Positions 56,175 through 64,000 of a stretch of 64,000 nucleotides of DNA are shown here, in pieces. How positions within the stretch are numbered: the first letter of the stretch is position 1; every line of letters begins with the position of its first letter. Made by a program: the position numbers and the translations under genes. The stretch covers positions 1-64,000 of IMG/VR virus record IMGVR_UViG_3300012988_000016. One strand, written 5' to 3'. The notes under the pieces are model-generated. The model saw nothing but the letters and a program-made list of their open reading frames with translations. It was not told the DNA's origin and searched no databases.

Positions 56175-59100
56175 TGGCAAGAGGCCCTTTTCAAGGAACA
56201 TGGCAACAAGGTGTCCGCCCCACTGTGGTGACGGCTCCTGATGCGCTCGTGTATATCAATGGTGAGACCGACATTGTGGGGTGTCCGTCCTGTCGTCGGC
56301 GTTTCGATTGGAACAAGTACATTACCTCGATAACTACCGAAGCCTCAGTCGAGAGTTCCCCAGGGTCGGCATCCATCAATCTCTCGGTTCCAAGGCATGC
56401 GATTGATGACCTGTACTTCGACGGTACCCCTCTGATCTCCCCAATGATGGAAGTGGAGATCTACTCTAAGGGTTACTACACTGTTGAAGGGGTTCCCCAA
56501 TACTACCCCATCTTCTGGGGATTGGTGACAGATGTCAGTAAAGGGTTTTCTAACGGAGAGCACACCCTTTCGATCAATTGCGCCGATATTCTCAAATGGT
56601 GGGAAATCTGCAAGATGAACATCAACCCCGCTTTCACTCAAACGACAGGACAAGCAGGACGGAGCATCTTTGGGAACGTCTTCTTCGGAATGAATCCCTA
56701 TGACGTTATCTGGACCCTTGCTCAACAGTCGTTCGGAGATGTGATCGTTGGCACTGGGTCTCTAGTTAGTGTGTACAAGGAACCTCAACAGAAGGCCACA
56801 TTCAATTCAGCTTTGGGCGACATTATGCAATACTGGAACAAGCGTTTCAGTAAGATCCGTTCCAATCTGTTGCTTTACGGTACCACGGGAACGGCTGTTA
56901 GAGGTGATGTCATTCAGGCGGCCTACCAGTCTAAGAAGCCGCAGTTTGGCAAGCCTTTCGTCTCGCAGCTGGTCAGGCAAGCAAATGGTAATGACTCGGC
57001 TCAGTTGGATTTCGATCCTACCGACCCTGCAGTGGTGGCCTACAGGACTCAATTCTCTCAGGCCGGTCAGGTGAATTTTTGGCAGAGTGAGTATCAGACC
57101 AAACTAGAACTAGCAAATGCCGCCAAAGAAGCGATTGGCTTTGAGTTCTATATGGATGTGACGGGGGAGATCGTATTCAAACCTCCTTTCTACAATCTGG
57201 ACACCCTTTCAAACAAGCCGATCAGCTGGATTCAAGCGATCGATATCATCGATTGGGATCTGTCTGAATCTGAAGCCGAGGTGGTGACCCAGATTCAGCT
57301 ACAAGGGAACTACGGGGGCAATGTGGACTACGGCTTCCCAGAGGAAACTGTCCCCTACACGTCAGTGACAGACTACCATCTGCTTCGCAAGTATGGATGG
57401 AGATCCCACACTTACAATTCTGAGTTCATGGCCAACCCTCTTCAGATGTTCTACGTAGGGTTGGACCTGTTGGATCGTATGAATTCCAAACGATTCAGAG
57501 CCAACATCACAATCCCCCATCGTCCGGAGCTTCGCCTCGGCTTCCCTATCTATCTAGCTCCGGAAGATCAGATGTGGTACATCCAAGGGATAAGCCACAA
57601 TGTTGCGTTTGGAAGTCGTGCCACCACAACCCTAACTTTGACGGCTAAGCGGGAGAAGTTCAAAGCCCCTTCTGGTATTGGTGCCATCAAGCTTGTGGGA
57701 TACAAGGGACCCAAGGAGCAAAAGCCAAAAACTCTGCTTGCCTCGGAAGGGGCTAGTTTGACCACCAGGCAATTGTCAACAGGCGGTCAATTCAAGGCAG
57801 ACGTTGGGCGGGCGGCCGAGATTCCTCCTTCCAATTACGCTGTCAATCCCGGGGACGACGATCCTTACGCCCCCTTGATACTCCGACATCCTAAGACTGG
57901 GAGGGTGGTGGGGTACCCTAATGTGGTGTTGGCCTACACCAGACCCTTCCAAGCCACCCCAGAGACATTAGCCAAGTTGGCAGGTCAGAAGCCATCGACC
58001 GATCCCAGGACAGCTCAGAGCAAAGTGCAGGCATTCAATAAAGCTGCCCCTGATTTGCTCAATAGCTTCAATCAATACAACCATACGGCCACAGCAGATG
58101 ATCAGCTCAGAGAGAAACATCTGACCAACCGTTATAGTTACGGCCTGAATTCGGCAGGTGTCTACACCTATCTACACGATCAGTCCAAAGTGGTGAAGGA
58201 GATGTTGCTCCTACCTAGCAAGAACATCGACTTTGGCAACAGCTCGTTGAAGTTCCAAGGCGCTACAGGAATGATCCGCCCTGTCTCTGACGAGAGAGGG
58301 TTCGAGGTGATCGGTCATCATCGATACGGCCGAGGAGTCTCGTTGAGGGACGGTTCTTTGGTACTGAGCCTAGATGGGGGCAACACCAAAGCCAACATAG
58401 GCACTCAGCTGGCTTTGGGCGGCGGACTGTATGAAACCCTCCAGGCTCAATCGCAAGGTTTGACGACCGTCAGTACCGCCTACACGAATCCTGCTGATGC
58501 GGTGGCAAGGATGGGTCAAGAAGCCCTCCAGACTGCAGGAATGATCAATCCGGAGACTCAAAAACCTGAGTTCACCAATACCGACACCACATTCACCGAC
58601 ACCGCCACTCTTAATTCTGCTGAGCAGAAAGGAGCTGTTGTCGATGTTGAGGCCAGTCAGCTGAGTAAAGCTTTGACCTTGGCAGAAATGCAGGTAAAGG
58701 ACAGCTATGCACCCGCATCGAAAGACTGTATCTGTCTAACGGGTCGAGCCGATTTGGCTTTCCTCAATGTCGGGTATCAGATCAAAGTTATTCGACCCAC
58801 CACTCTAGACGACACCAAAATTCCTGCATCTAACAGCTTGTTGGAAGAAGCTTTGAATGACGGGACCCCTGTTAGCGATTCGGCCGCCACGCCCAGCAGA
58901 GACCAGCTGATCAACAGGGTCGAGGCCTTCCTATCGGACCTGTACCGAGCATTGGACGATCCTCATCAGCAATATGAGAAAGAGCTTCGTGGAGAGTTGA
59001 TCAAAGTGCCAACAGCCGCCCCTGGGGATATCCGATTTGGACAGAACCCTACTTCGGTGGACGACTTCGCACCCCCATACTCTACGCCCAACAGAGCGGC

Positions 59101-59416
59101 TGGCGGCGATCCAGCTGCTTTGGCCGTCCAAGCTGAAACGGCGCTCAATCAGGCGAGTTCGGCTTGGAGTCAATTTAGTGGTAAGTTGAAATCCAACGCT
59201 CAAAAGGCCGAACTACAAGGCTTGATTGATAAAGACATGGCCGATATAACGCGGCTTCAGGAAGAACAGCAACGTTTGCAAGAAGCGGTGGACAATCACA
59301 GCATCATCAACGGTGATACAGCGGCCGCTTTGAAGACTGTTACTGAGGATTTGGCCAAAGCAGAGCAAAGTTTGGCTAACCATCAAGGCAAGCTTAATCT
59401 TGTGGAGGCCGGCTGA
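56174..59416 (+). CDS. Baseplate hub protein (gp27/gp44-like) with a C-terminal extension
   Basis: IFWGLVTDVSK...LSINCAD, FEFYMDVTGEIVFKPP and ITIPHRPELRLG..YIQGISH motifs; C-terminal coiled coil. Confidence 0.8.
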   Translation: MARGPFQGTWQQGVRPTVVTAPDALVYINGETDIVGCPSCRRRFDWNKYITSITTEASVESSPGSASINLSVPRHAIDDLYFDGTPLISPMMEVEIYSKGYYTVEGVPQYYPIFWGLVTDVSKGFSNGEHTLSINCADILKWWEICKMNINPAFTQTTGQAGRSIFGNVFFGMNPYDVIWTLAQQSFGDVIVGTGSLVSVYKEPQQKATFNSALGDIMQYWNKRFSKIRSNLLLYGTTGTAVRGDVIQAAYQSKKPQFGKPFVSQLVRQANGNDSAQLDFDPTDPAVVAYRTQFSQAGQVNFWQSEYQTKLELANAAKEAIGFEFYMDVTGEIVFKPPFYNLDTLSNKPISWIQAIDIIDWDLSESEAEVVTQIQLQGNYGGNVDYGFPEETVPYTSVTDYHLLRKYGWRSHTYNSEFMANPLQMFYVGLDLLDRMNSKRFRANITIPHRPELRLGFPIYLAPEDQMWYIQGISHNVAFGSRATTTLTLTAKREKFKAPSGIGAIKLVGYKGPKEQKPKTLLASEGASLTTRQLSTGGQFKADVGRAAEIPPSNYAVNPGDDDPYAPLILRHPKTGRVVGYPNVVLAYTRPFQATPETLAKLAGQKPSTDPRTAQSKVQAFNKAAPDLLNSFNQYNHTATADDQLREKHLTNRYSYGLNSAGVYTYLHDQSKVVKEMLLLPSKNIDFGNSSLKFQGATGMIRPVSDERGFEVIGHHRYGRGVSLRDGSLVLSLDGGNTKANIGTQLALGGGLYETLQAQSQGLTTVSTAYTNPADAVARMGQEALQTAGMINPETQKPEFTNTDTTFTDTATLNSAEQKGAVVDVEASQLSKALTLAEMQVKDSYAPASKDCICLTGRADLAFLNVGYQIKVIRPTTLDDTKIPASNSLLEEALNDGTPVSDSAATPSRDQLINRVEAFLSDLYRALDDPHQQYEKELRGELIKVPTAAPGDIRFGQNPTSVDDFAPPYSTPNRAAGGDPAALAVQAETALNQASSAWSQFSGKLKSNAQKAELQGLIDKDMADITRLQEEQQRLQEAVDNHSIINGDTAAALKTVTEDLAKAEQSLANHQGKLNLVEAG

Positions 59417-61593
59417 TGCCTATGCCACGTAATCCCAAACATTTGCCTGGTACGATTCCAGGTAAAGACTTCGTAGACACTCATGACGCCAATGGTATCA
59501 AGATCGGCATGATCACTCGTGTAGACGAAGTGAACTTGAAGGCAGATATCAAGATCCTTAGCGGGAGCAGTGAGCGTTATGAAATAGACTTGACTCAATC
59601 GATGTCTGGCCCCCGAAGCTTTTGGGGCGGTATCCCTGAAGTCAACAGTATGGTGGTGGTAGGGTACCGTCGTATCCAGAAGCACTTGACGGATGCGGTC
59701 ATTTTGGGCTACATCCCCACGGGCAATCGTAGCGGTTTGCGGTTCGATCCTTTCTCGCCTGATAATCCTGCAGAAATCAGTGATGCGGATAGGGAATCAT
59801 TCGAGCGAGTCATCGGCACCACCAGGCGTATCAAACGTCTAAATCTACGGCCTGGTGATGTGGGCGGCATGTCGTCCTCTGGCGCTGAATTGACCCTCAC
59901 TAAAGATGTGAAGTTGGTCAATCGGGCAGGCGACTTGTTCGAGCTGCGGGACGCCGATAGAACCATCATCTCTCAAGCGATTCACCGTGTGGAGTCTGAA
60001 GCGGGGGTGAAGCGTATCTCAGGACCGATCCGTCGAGGGACCTTCTTCATCCCCAACGATCTTCTCAAAGCAGACGGAACCCTTAGAGACACCGATACTG
60101 AATACTACGGAAGGGATACGCTGCAACTAGCCGGCCCTGGTGTAGGGTCTGGATCTAATGCCAAGTTCTCCAATCAGAACGGCAAACTGCTCCCACTGTT
60201 CAACGATACGAACCAGTTCCCTCCGGTCACGTACTCCAATGGTCGTCGGGTGCATTACCCCCCAACCTCTCCCGCGGTCAGCATTGAGGACCCCAACACA
60301 GCAGCTGACGCCTTCGTTGAAGATCGTTTGGAACTAAACCACACCTCCGACTTGACTCAAGATGTCATTGAGGAGATTGACGGATTTTCGATGGACCGCC
60401 GAACTCCCTACATCGAACGGGTATTGGGGACGATGGTTGGGAACGATGCCTCTACTACTAGAGGTCAACGTCAATACGCCAAAATCTTGAAACCCAGGAT
60501 ATTCCCCGACTTCTTGGCTCAAGGTTTGGGTAAATTCACACTAGAAGAGGTGGACCGTAACCCTACGGTTCCAGACATTGAGGCCACCACCTCGGCGGCG
60601 GCGTTCTTCTTTCGAATGAGGCCGCCAAGATCGACTGGTGACAATGCTTTCGTAGCAGCGGTCAGCAAACAAGGGAAATTGTTTCTGAATGTGCCGGCCT
60701 CAACCGTTGAGGACTACACTAGCGGCTCCAAAAAGGTATCGGTGGAAATGAACCTGGAAGGCGCTTTGAAAGCGTTCATTGGGGCTTCCAATCCAGATCG
60801 TATTTCGGCCCACATCACCTTAGAAGGTGGGTTGCACCTGGACATCGGCAGAGATGCGGCCGGCAATGCGATCACGACCCGCTACCACTCTGGGACTCGA
60901 ACTATCTATGAGGGCAACCCCAACGAAGACGATGTGACGGCCGATCTTCAGGTGCGAGGTGTCAAACAGTCGGCCATTACTGGCGCAGAACTGAAGACCA
61001 TCGAGGGGTCGAAAAAGACCATTGTGAGTGGGCAGTACAAGTTGAGTGCGGATCGCATCAACCTGAACGCTTTCCAAGGGGCTTCGTTCAATTTTGGCGA
61101 AGTCAACCAGATGGTGAACGGGAAGACTCAGCTGAACTATGCCTTGCAGGTGTTGGAAAACATCGCTTTGGGCGGCAAAGTGTCGACCATCCTAGCTGGA
61201 GGTTTGACCCAGAATGTGGTGGCAGGGGCGATCTCTTACAGTGCCCTGGCGGGCGCCATCAGCTTCAACGCACCAGCTGGTGCCTACTCGGTGACAGTCG
61301 GCACAGGAGCCATGTCGATGACAACCGCCGCGGGTGCGGTTACGATCTCAACCGCCTCAGGGGCGATGTCGTTAGCGGCAGGAGCGGGGGCTATGTCATT
61401 GACGGCCGGATTGGCTATGAATCTAGCCGCCTCGACCAATATCTCGATGGTGGCTCCTCAAATACTGTTGGGGGGCCCAACCGCTACCTTTGGTGTCCTT
61501 CGAGGAATAGCTTCTTTGCCTCCAGGGGCCCCCACCTTAGACCCCATCACCGGCACCCCTTTGCTAGGGAGCGCTCTTGTGCGATCCATCTGA
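59416..61593 (+). CDS. Baseplate central spike (gp5/gpV-like)
   Basis: N-terminal OB-fold (GMITRVD...IPEVNSMVVVGY...ILGY); C-terminal 9-aa xGAxSx repeats typical of a triple beta-helix. Confidence 0.8.
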   Translation: MPMPRNPKHLPGTIPGKDFVDTHDANGIKIGMITRVDEVNLKADIKILSGSSERYEIDLTQSMSGPRSFWGGIPEVNSMVVVGYRRIQKHLTDAVILGYIPTGNRSGLRFDPFSPDNPAEISDADRESFERVIGTTRRIKRLNLRPGDVGGMSSSGAELTLTKDVKLVNRAGDLFELRDADRTIISQAIHRVESEAGVKRISGPIRRGTFFIPNDLLKADGTLRDTDTEYYGRDTLQLAGPGVGSGSNAKFSNQNGKLLPLFNDTNQFPPVTYSNGRRVHYPPTSPAVSIEDPNTAADAFVEDRLELNHTSDLTQDVIEEIDGFSMDRRTPYIERVLGTMVGNDASTTRGQRQYAKILKPRIFPDFLAQGLGKFTLEEVDRNPTVPDIEATTSAAAFFFRMRPPRSTGDNAFVAAVSKQGKLFLNVPASTVEDYTSGSKKVSVEMNLEGALKAFIGASNPDRISAHITLEGGLHLDIGRDAAGNAITTRYHSGTRTIYEGNPNEDDVTADLQVRGVKQSAITGAELKTIEGSKKTIVSGQYKLSADRINLNAFQGASFNFGEVNQMVNGKTQLNYALQVLENIALGGKVSTILAGGLTQNVVAGAISYSALAGAISFNAPAGAYSVTVGTGAMSMTTAAGAVTISTASGAMSLAAGAGAMSLTAGLAMNLAASTNISMVAPQILLGGPTATFGVLRGIASLPPGAPTLDPITGTPLLGSALVRSI

Positions 61594-62165
61594 TGCCCGT
61601 CACACCCCCTGGAATCATTGGGGCGATCGTTCCCAGCCTGGTTAGCTGTTCTTTCTTGGGGACCAGTGTGCCCAAGTATGCTAATGGGGTAGCCCAAGGG
61701 CTGGTCAGGTGGGTTCCCCTTATCAAGATTCAGACGATCGACGGAGGAACGGCCGGCGTGGGGAGCAACATTCCACTCCCGTTGGTGGTACAGACCCCTG
61801 TCTTGTATGCCAACATCTTGTCTGGAATGTTAAGCAATGGCCTGAACGGCCTTTTGATGTCAGCTTTTGTGTCTGGCCTATCGACCGGTCTGACGACGGC
61901 CTTTGCTCAAATGCTGATCAAGACCACCCATCCTGGAGTGGGGGTGGGGACGGGGGTTGCTTCGTTCAGAGCTCCGCCTGCTTTTGCCTCTATCAGCTCA
62001 GGATTTGCAACTGCGGGGATGAACGGGCCAGCCTCCCTGCAGGCCGCCCGAGCGTTGGCGACAGGGCTAGATATAACTTTCGCTAGTTTGCTGATTCCCG
62101 TGGCCATTGTAGGAAGTCCCTCTACGATAGGGGCATCCAGTACCGGCTTTGGTACCATAATATGA
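61593..62165 (+). CDS. Gly/Ala-rich spike-associated protein
   Basis: Coupled to the spike stop; hydrophobic Gly/Ala-rich. Confidence 0.65.
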   Translation: MPVTPPGIIGAIVPSLVSCSFLGTSVPKYANGVAQGLVRWVPLIKIQTIDGGTAGVGSNIPLPLVVQTPVLYANILSGMLSNGLNGLLMSAFVSGLSTGLTTAFAQMLIKTTHPGVGVGTGVASFRAPPAFASISSGFATAGMNGPASLQAARALATGLDITFASLLIPVAIVGSPSTIGASSTGFGTII

Positions 62166-62180
62166 AATGGAGATAGCATC

Positions 62181-62384
62181 ATGGCAAGAGCGACGTTTGG
62201 AGTAGTGTCTGAGGTGGTGGAGAAGCGCGAAATAGACGCCGAGGGCAATATCGGCGATCTGAAAGTTCGGCTGAAACTAAATCTCAAGAACACCCTGAAT
62301 CAGACCCTGGAAGTTTGGGTGGACGCCCCCACAGAGGTAAACGATTTCTTCGCACCGGCCAATGGCCTGCCTGAGGCCAAATGA
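62181..62384 (+). CDS. Small hypothetical protein
   Basis: GGAG RBS; shares a WVDAP motif with the next gene. Confidence 0.7.
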   Translation: MARATFGVVSEVVEKREIDAEGNIGDLKVRLKLNLKNTLNQTLEVWVDAPTEVNDFFAPANGLPEAK

Positions 62385-62803
62385 GCAAGCGTGCTAGGAA
62401 GAAGCGCCAGACTCCACAGCTTCTGGGCTACATCGTAGGTATGAGCGAGTCCAGGGACTTGCTGACCATCAAAGATACGTTAGGCAATGTGGCTGAGCTG
62501 CGGCCGTTGAAAAACGACCCCATAACTTTGAGACTGAAACTACAGATGCCTCTGGCTTCTGGGCGTTCCATTGAATTCTGGGTGGATGCCCCTCAGGAAA
62601 TCTCTCAATTGCTGGAAGAGTACGCTATGGTCCCCAGGTCTGTGCAAGAATTGCTGAATCAGTTTGAGAACGACTTGAAGGGGGTCAAAGACGATCACGA
62701 TAAAGTGGTGGATGCACACGAGCAAGGTGCGGTCTATGCTGGAAATCCAGAATCTTTTGAGCGTCAGGAAGCTTTCGAGTCAAGACTGAAGTCAGGGGAG
62801 TGA
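62381..62803 (+). CDS. Hypothetical protein, paralogous to 62181..62384
   Basis: LRLKL...EFWVDAPQEI. Confidence 0.7.
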   Translation: MSKRARKKRQTPQLLGYIVGMSESRDLLTIKDTLGNVAELRPLKNDPITLRLKLQMPLASGRSIEFWVDAPQEISQLLEEYAMVPRSVQELLNQFENDLKGVKDDHDKVVDAHEQGAVYAGNPESFERQEAFESRLKSGE

Positions 62804-62806
62804 TCT

Positions 62807-64000
62807 TTGGGCCTCTCGATACAAGGCTACGTCCTAGAACCTCCGCGAGTCGGTCAGGCGAATTCTCCGTTCACCTACACGCCCAACGTGTATTTGTCCA
62901 ACCCGTCGGCCTTCAACACGGCCTATCCCTCAGATGAGTCGGTACCTAGGACGGAATACCATGTATTCGTTTTGGATGATGCTCAACTGCCAGGCACTGG
63001 TCCAAACAACCAATCCTCCTTCGTTGAGGCTAAGTTTGGTTGGACCAAGAACGAGGTGTTGCAGCGATTTGACTACCAAGGGGCTGACGGGCGGTTCAAG
63101 ACCTTGCCTGGCTCGGCCCCTACTCTGGTTGGAAAGCTGACGGCCACCGCCAACACGACACGGCTTCAGGTGGTGGCCCCCATCAGTCTAAACTTGGGGG
63201 CCTATCCGGTTCGACTGTATGTGGGTGATACCGGTTCAGGAACAGCCTTTACGGTTGTTCTGGTCTTGACAGACGGTGGGTTCAGCCCACCTCCTGCTGG
63301 GACGGTTCAAATCTCACTCGCAACCGGCAACCTCAATTGGAATGCTGGAGACTTGACGACTTTTGCTGGACAGTCGGTACACTTTCAGCGTCAGACATTC
63401 TATGCCTTTGCTGATTCGACTGGCCGCATTGGAGTGGTGGGGGACGTGTTGTTGCTCAGCCCATTGCCCGCCACAGGGCAATTCCCTCTGATCCGAATCG
63501 GATACGCTGAATACCTGACACCAATCGAGAAAGCGTCAGAGGCTGGCTTTTCCGTCAACCCAACCGCTGGGACGGTTGAATGGGCCGTCAGTACTGGTCG
63601 ATTGAAGCTAAATTCGGCTGATGTGTCGGCCAACACCGGCCGAGCTATCTATTATGATGGGGTAGCGTTCTCTTTTGGTCAGAATCTGGCCCCAATCAGC
63701 ATAGGGACGATCGCCAGTCCTACAGCCCTAGCTCCCATCCCTCCAGAAGAGAGCGACACTTTCTTCCGTGTGTCGGGGGTGGTTCAGTTCGGTCAAACAC
63801 AATGGGTCGACACCCTCACCACCCCTGGCAAGAAAGGGGTGGTACAGATCCGTCGAAGTGATGGTCAGGTTAGATTTTCCGATTCTGATGTGGGACGTTA
63901 CGGATCTCAACAGGCACAAGTTATCACAGCTGACCTGCTGATTGAACGTGGCATCTCACTCAGGATGTTTAGGAATCCTGTCAATCTAGATGATGCCGAC
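62807..64000 (+). CDS. Baseplate/tail structural protein, 3'-partial (missed by the ORF track)
   Basis: TTG start after AGGGGAG; open to the window end (MGLSIQGYVLEPPRVGQANSPF...); internal GTVxxxxxTGxLxxN-type repeats. Confidence 0.75.
   Translation, partial: MGLSIQGYVLEPPRVGQANSPFTYTPNVYLSNPSAFNTAYPSDESVPRTEYHVFVLDDAQLPGTGPNNQSSFVEAKFGWTKNEVLQRFDYQGADGRFKTLPGSAPTLVGKLTATANTTRLQVVAPISLNLGAYPVRLYVGDTGSGTAFTVVLVLTDGGFSPPPAGTVQISLATGNLNWNAGDLTTFAGQSVHFQRQTFYAFADSTGRIGVVGDVLLLSPLPATGQFPLIRIGYAEYLTPIEKASEAGFSVNPTAGTVEWAVSTGRLKLNSADVSANTGRAIYYDGVAFSFGQNLAPISIGTIASPTALAPIPPEESDTFFRVSGVVQFGQTQWVDTLTTPGKKGVVQIRRSDGQVRFSDSDVGRYGSQQAQVITADLLIERGISLRMFRNPVNLDDAD

Noticed and set aside
61593-62165. PAAR spike-tip protein
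   Set aside because: No PAAR motif or metal-binding His/Cys pattern; left as a spike-associated hypothetical.
352-63919. Numerous minus-strand ORFs (e.g. 4572-5411, 6476-7204, 13835-14464)
   Set aside because: They are antisense shadows of codon-biased + strand genes, which tile the window almost completely; none shows a recognisable motif or RBS.
37285-64000. Extracellular contractile injection system or tailocin
   Set aside because: Capsid, scaffold, protease and neck genes are present in the same cluster, so this is a phage.
1-64000. Stop-codon recoding
   Set aside because: Genes tile cleanly under the standard code; TGA, TAA and TAG (e.g. at 21852 and 46386) all end genes at sensible boundaries.
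1-64000. tRNA or rRNA genes
   Set aside because: No cloverleaf or T-loop consensus was noticed in the short intergenic gaps (by eye only; tRNAscan would be decisive).

Overview
The window is one co-oriented (+ strand) morphogenesis region of a large contractile-tailed (myovirus-type) phage. It is about 52% GC by eye, uses the standard genetic code, and the host cannot be identified from sequence. Gene order is: head-internal/scaffold-like proteins, prohead protease, scaffold, decoration protein, HK97-type major capsid protein; a block of accessory and probable head-cargo genes (LAGLIDADG nuclease, zincin metallopeptidase, uracil-DNA glycosylase, SWIM protein, FmdB-like protein); Ig-like/fibre proteins, an HNH nuclease, a methyltransferase-GT2-TPR fusion and a 1378-aa Ser/Thr/Asp repeat protein; neck genes interleaved with a coiled-coil protein, a Dps-like protein and an actin-fold ATPase; a 1421-aa tail sheath, UvrD helicase, tail tube, two chaperones, tape measure, two tube-initiator paralogues, baseplate hub, spike and a partial baseplate gene. 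Portal and terminase are not in the window. Best candidates for undescribed biology: (1) a volactin-like actin with a putative coiled-coil adaptor embedded in the neck module; (2) a probable virion glycosylation/methylation system next to a Ser/Thr-rich fibre; (3) a [K/R]-x-A processing code plus a V-x-x-R-F tag marking many head-associated proteins; (4) a CCTTT(T)AT late-promoter motif, with promoter-flanked cassettes and RBS-occluding hairpins. All protein calls come from motif reading, not database searches.
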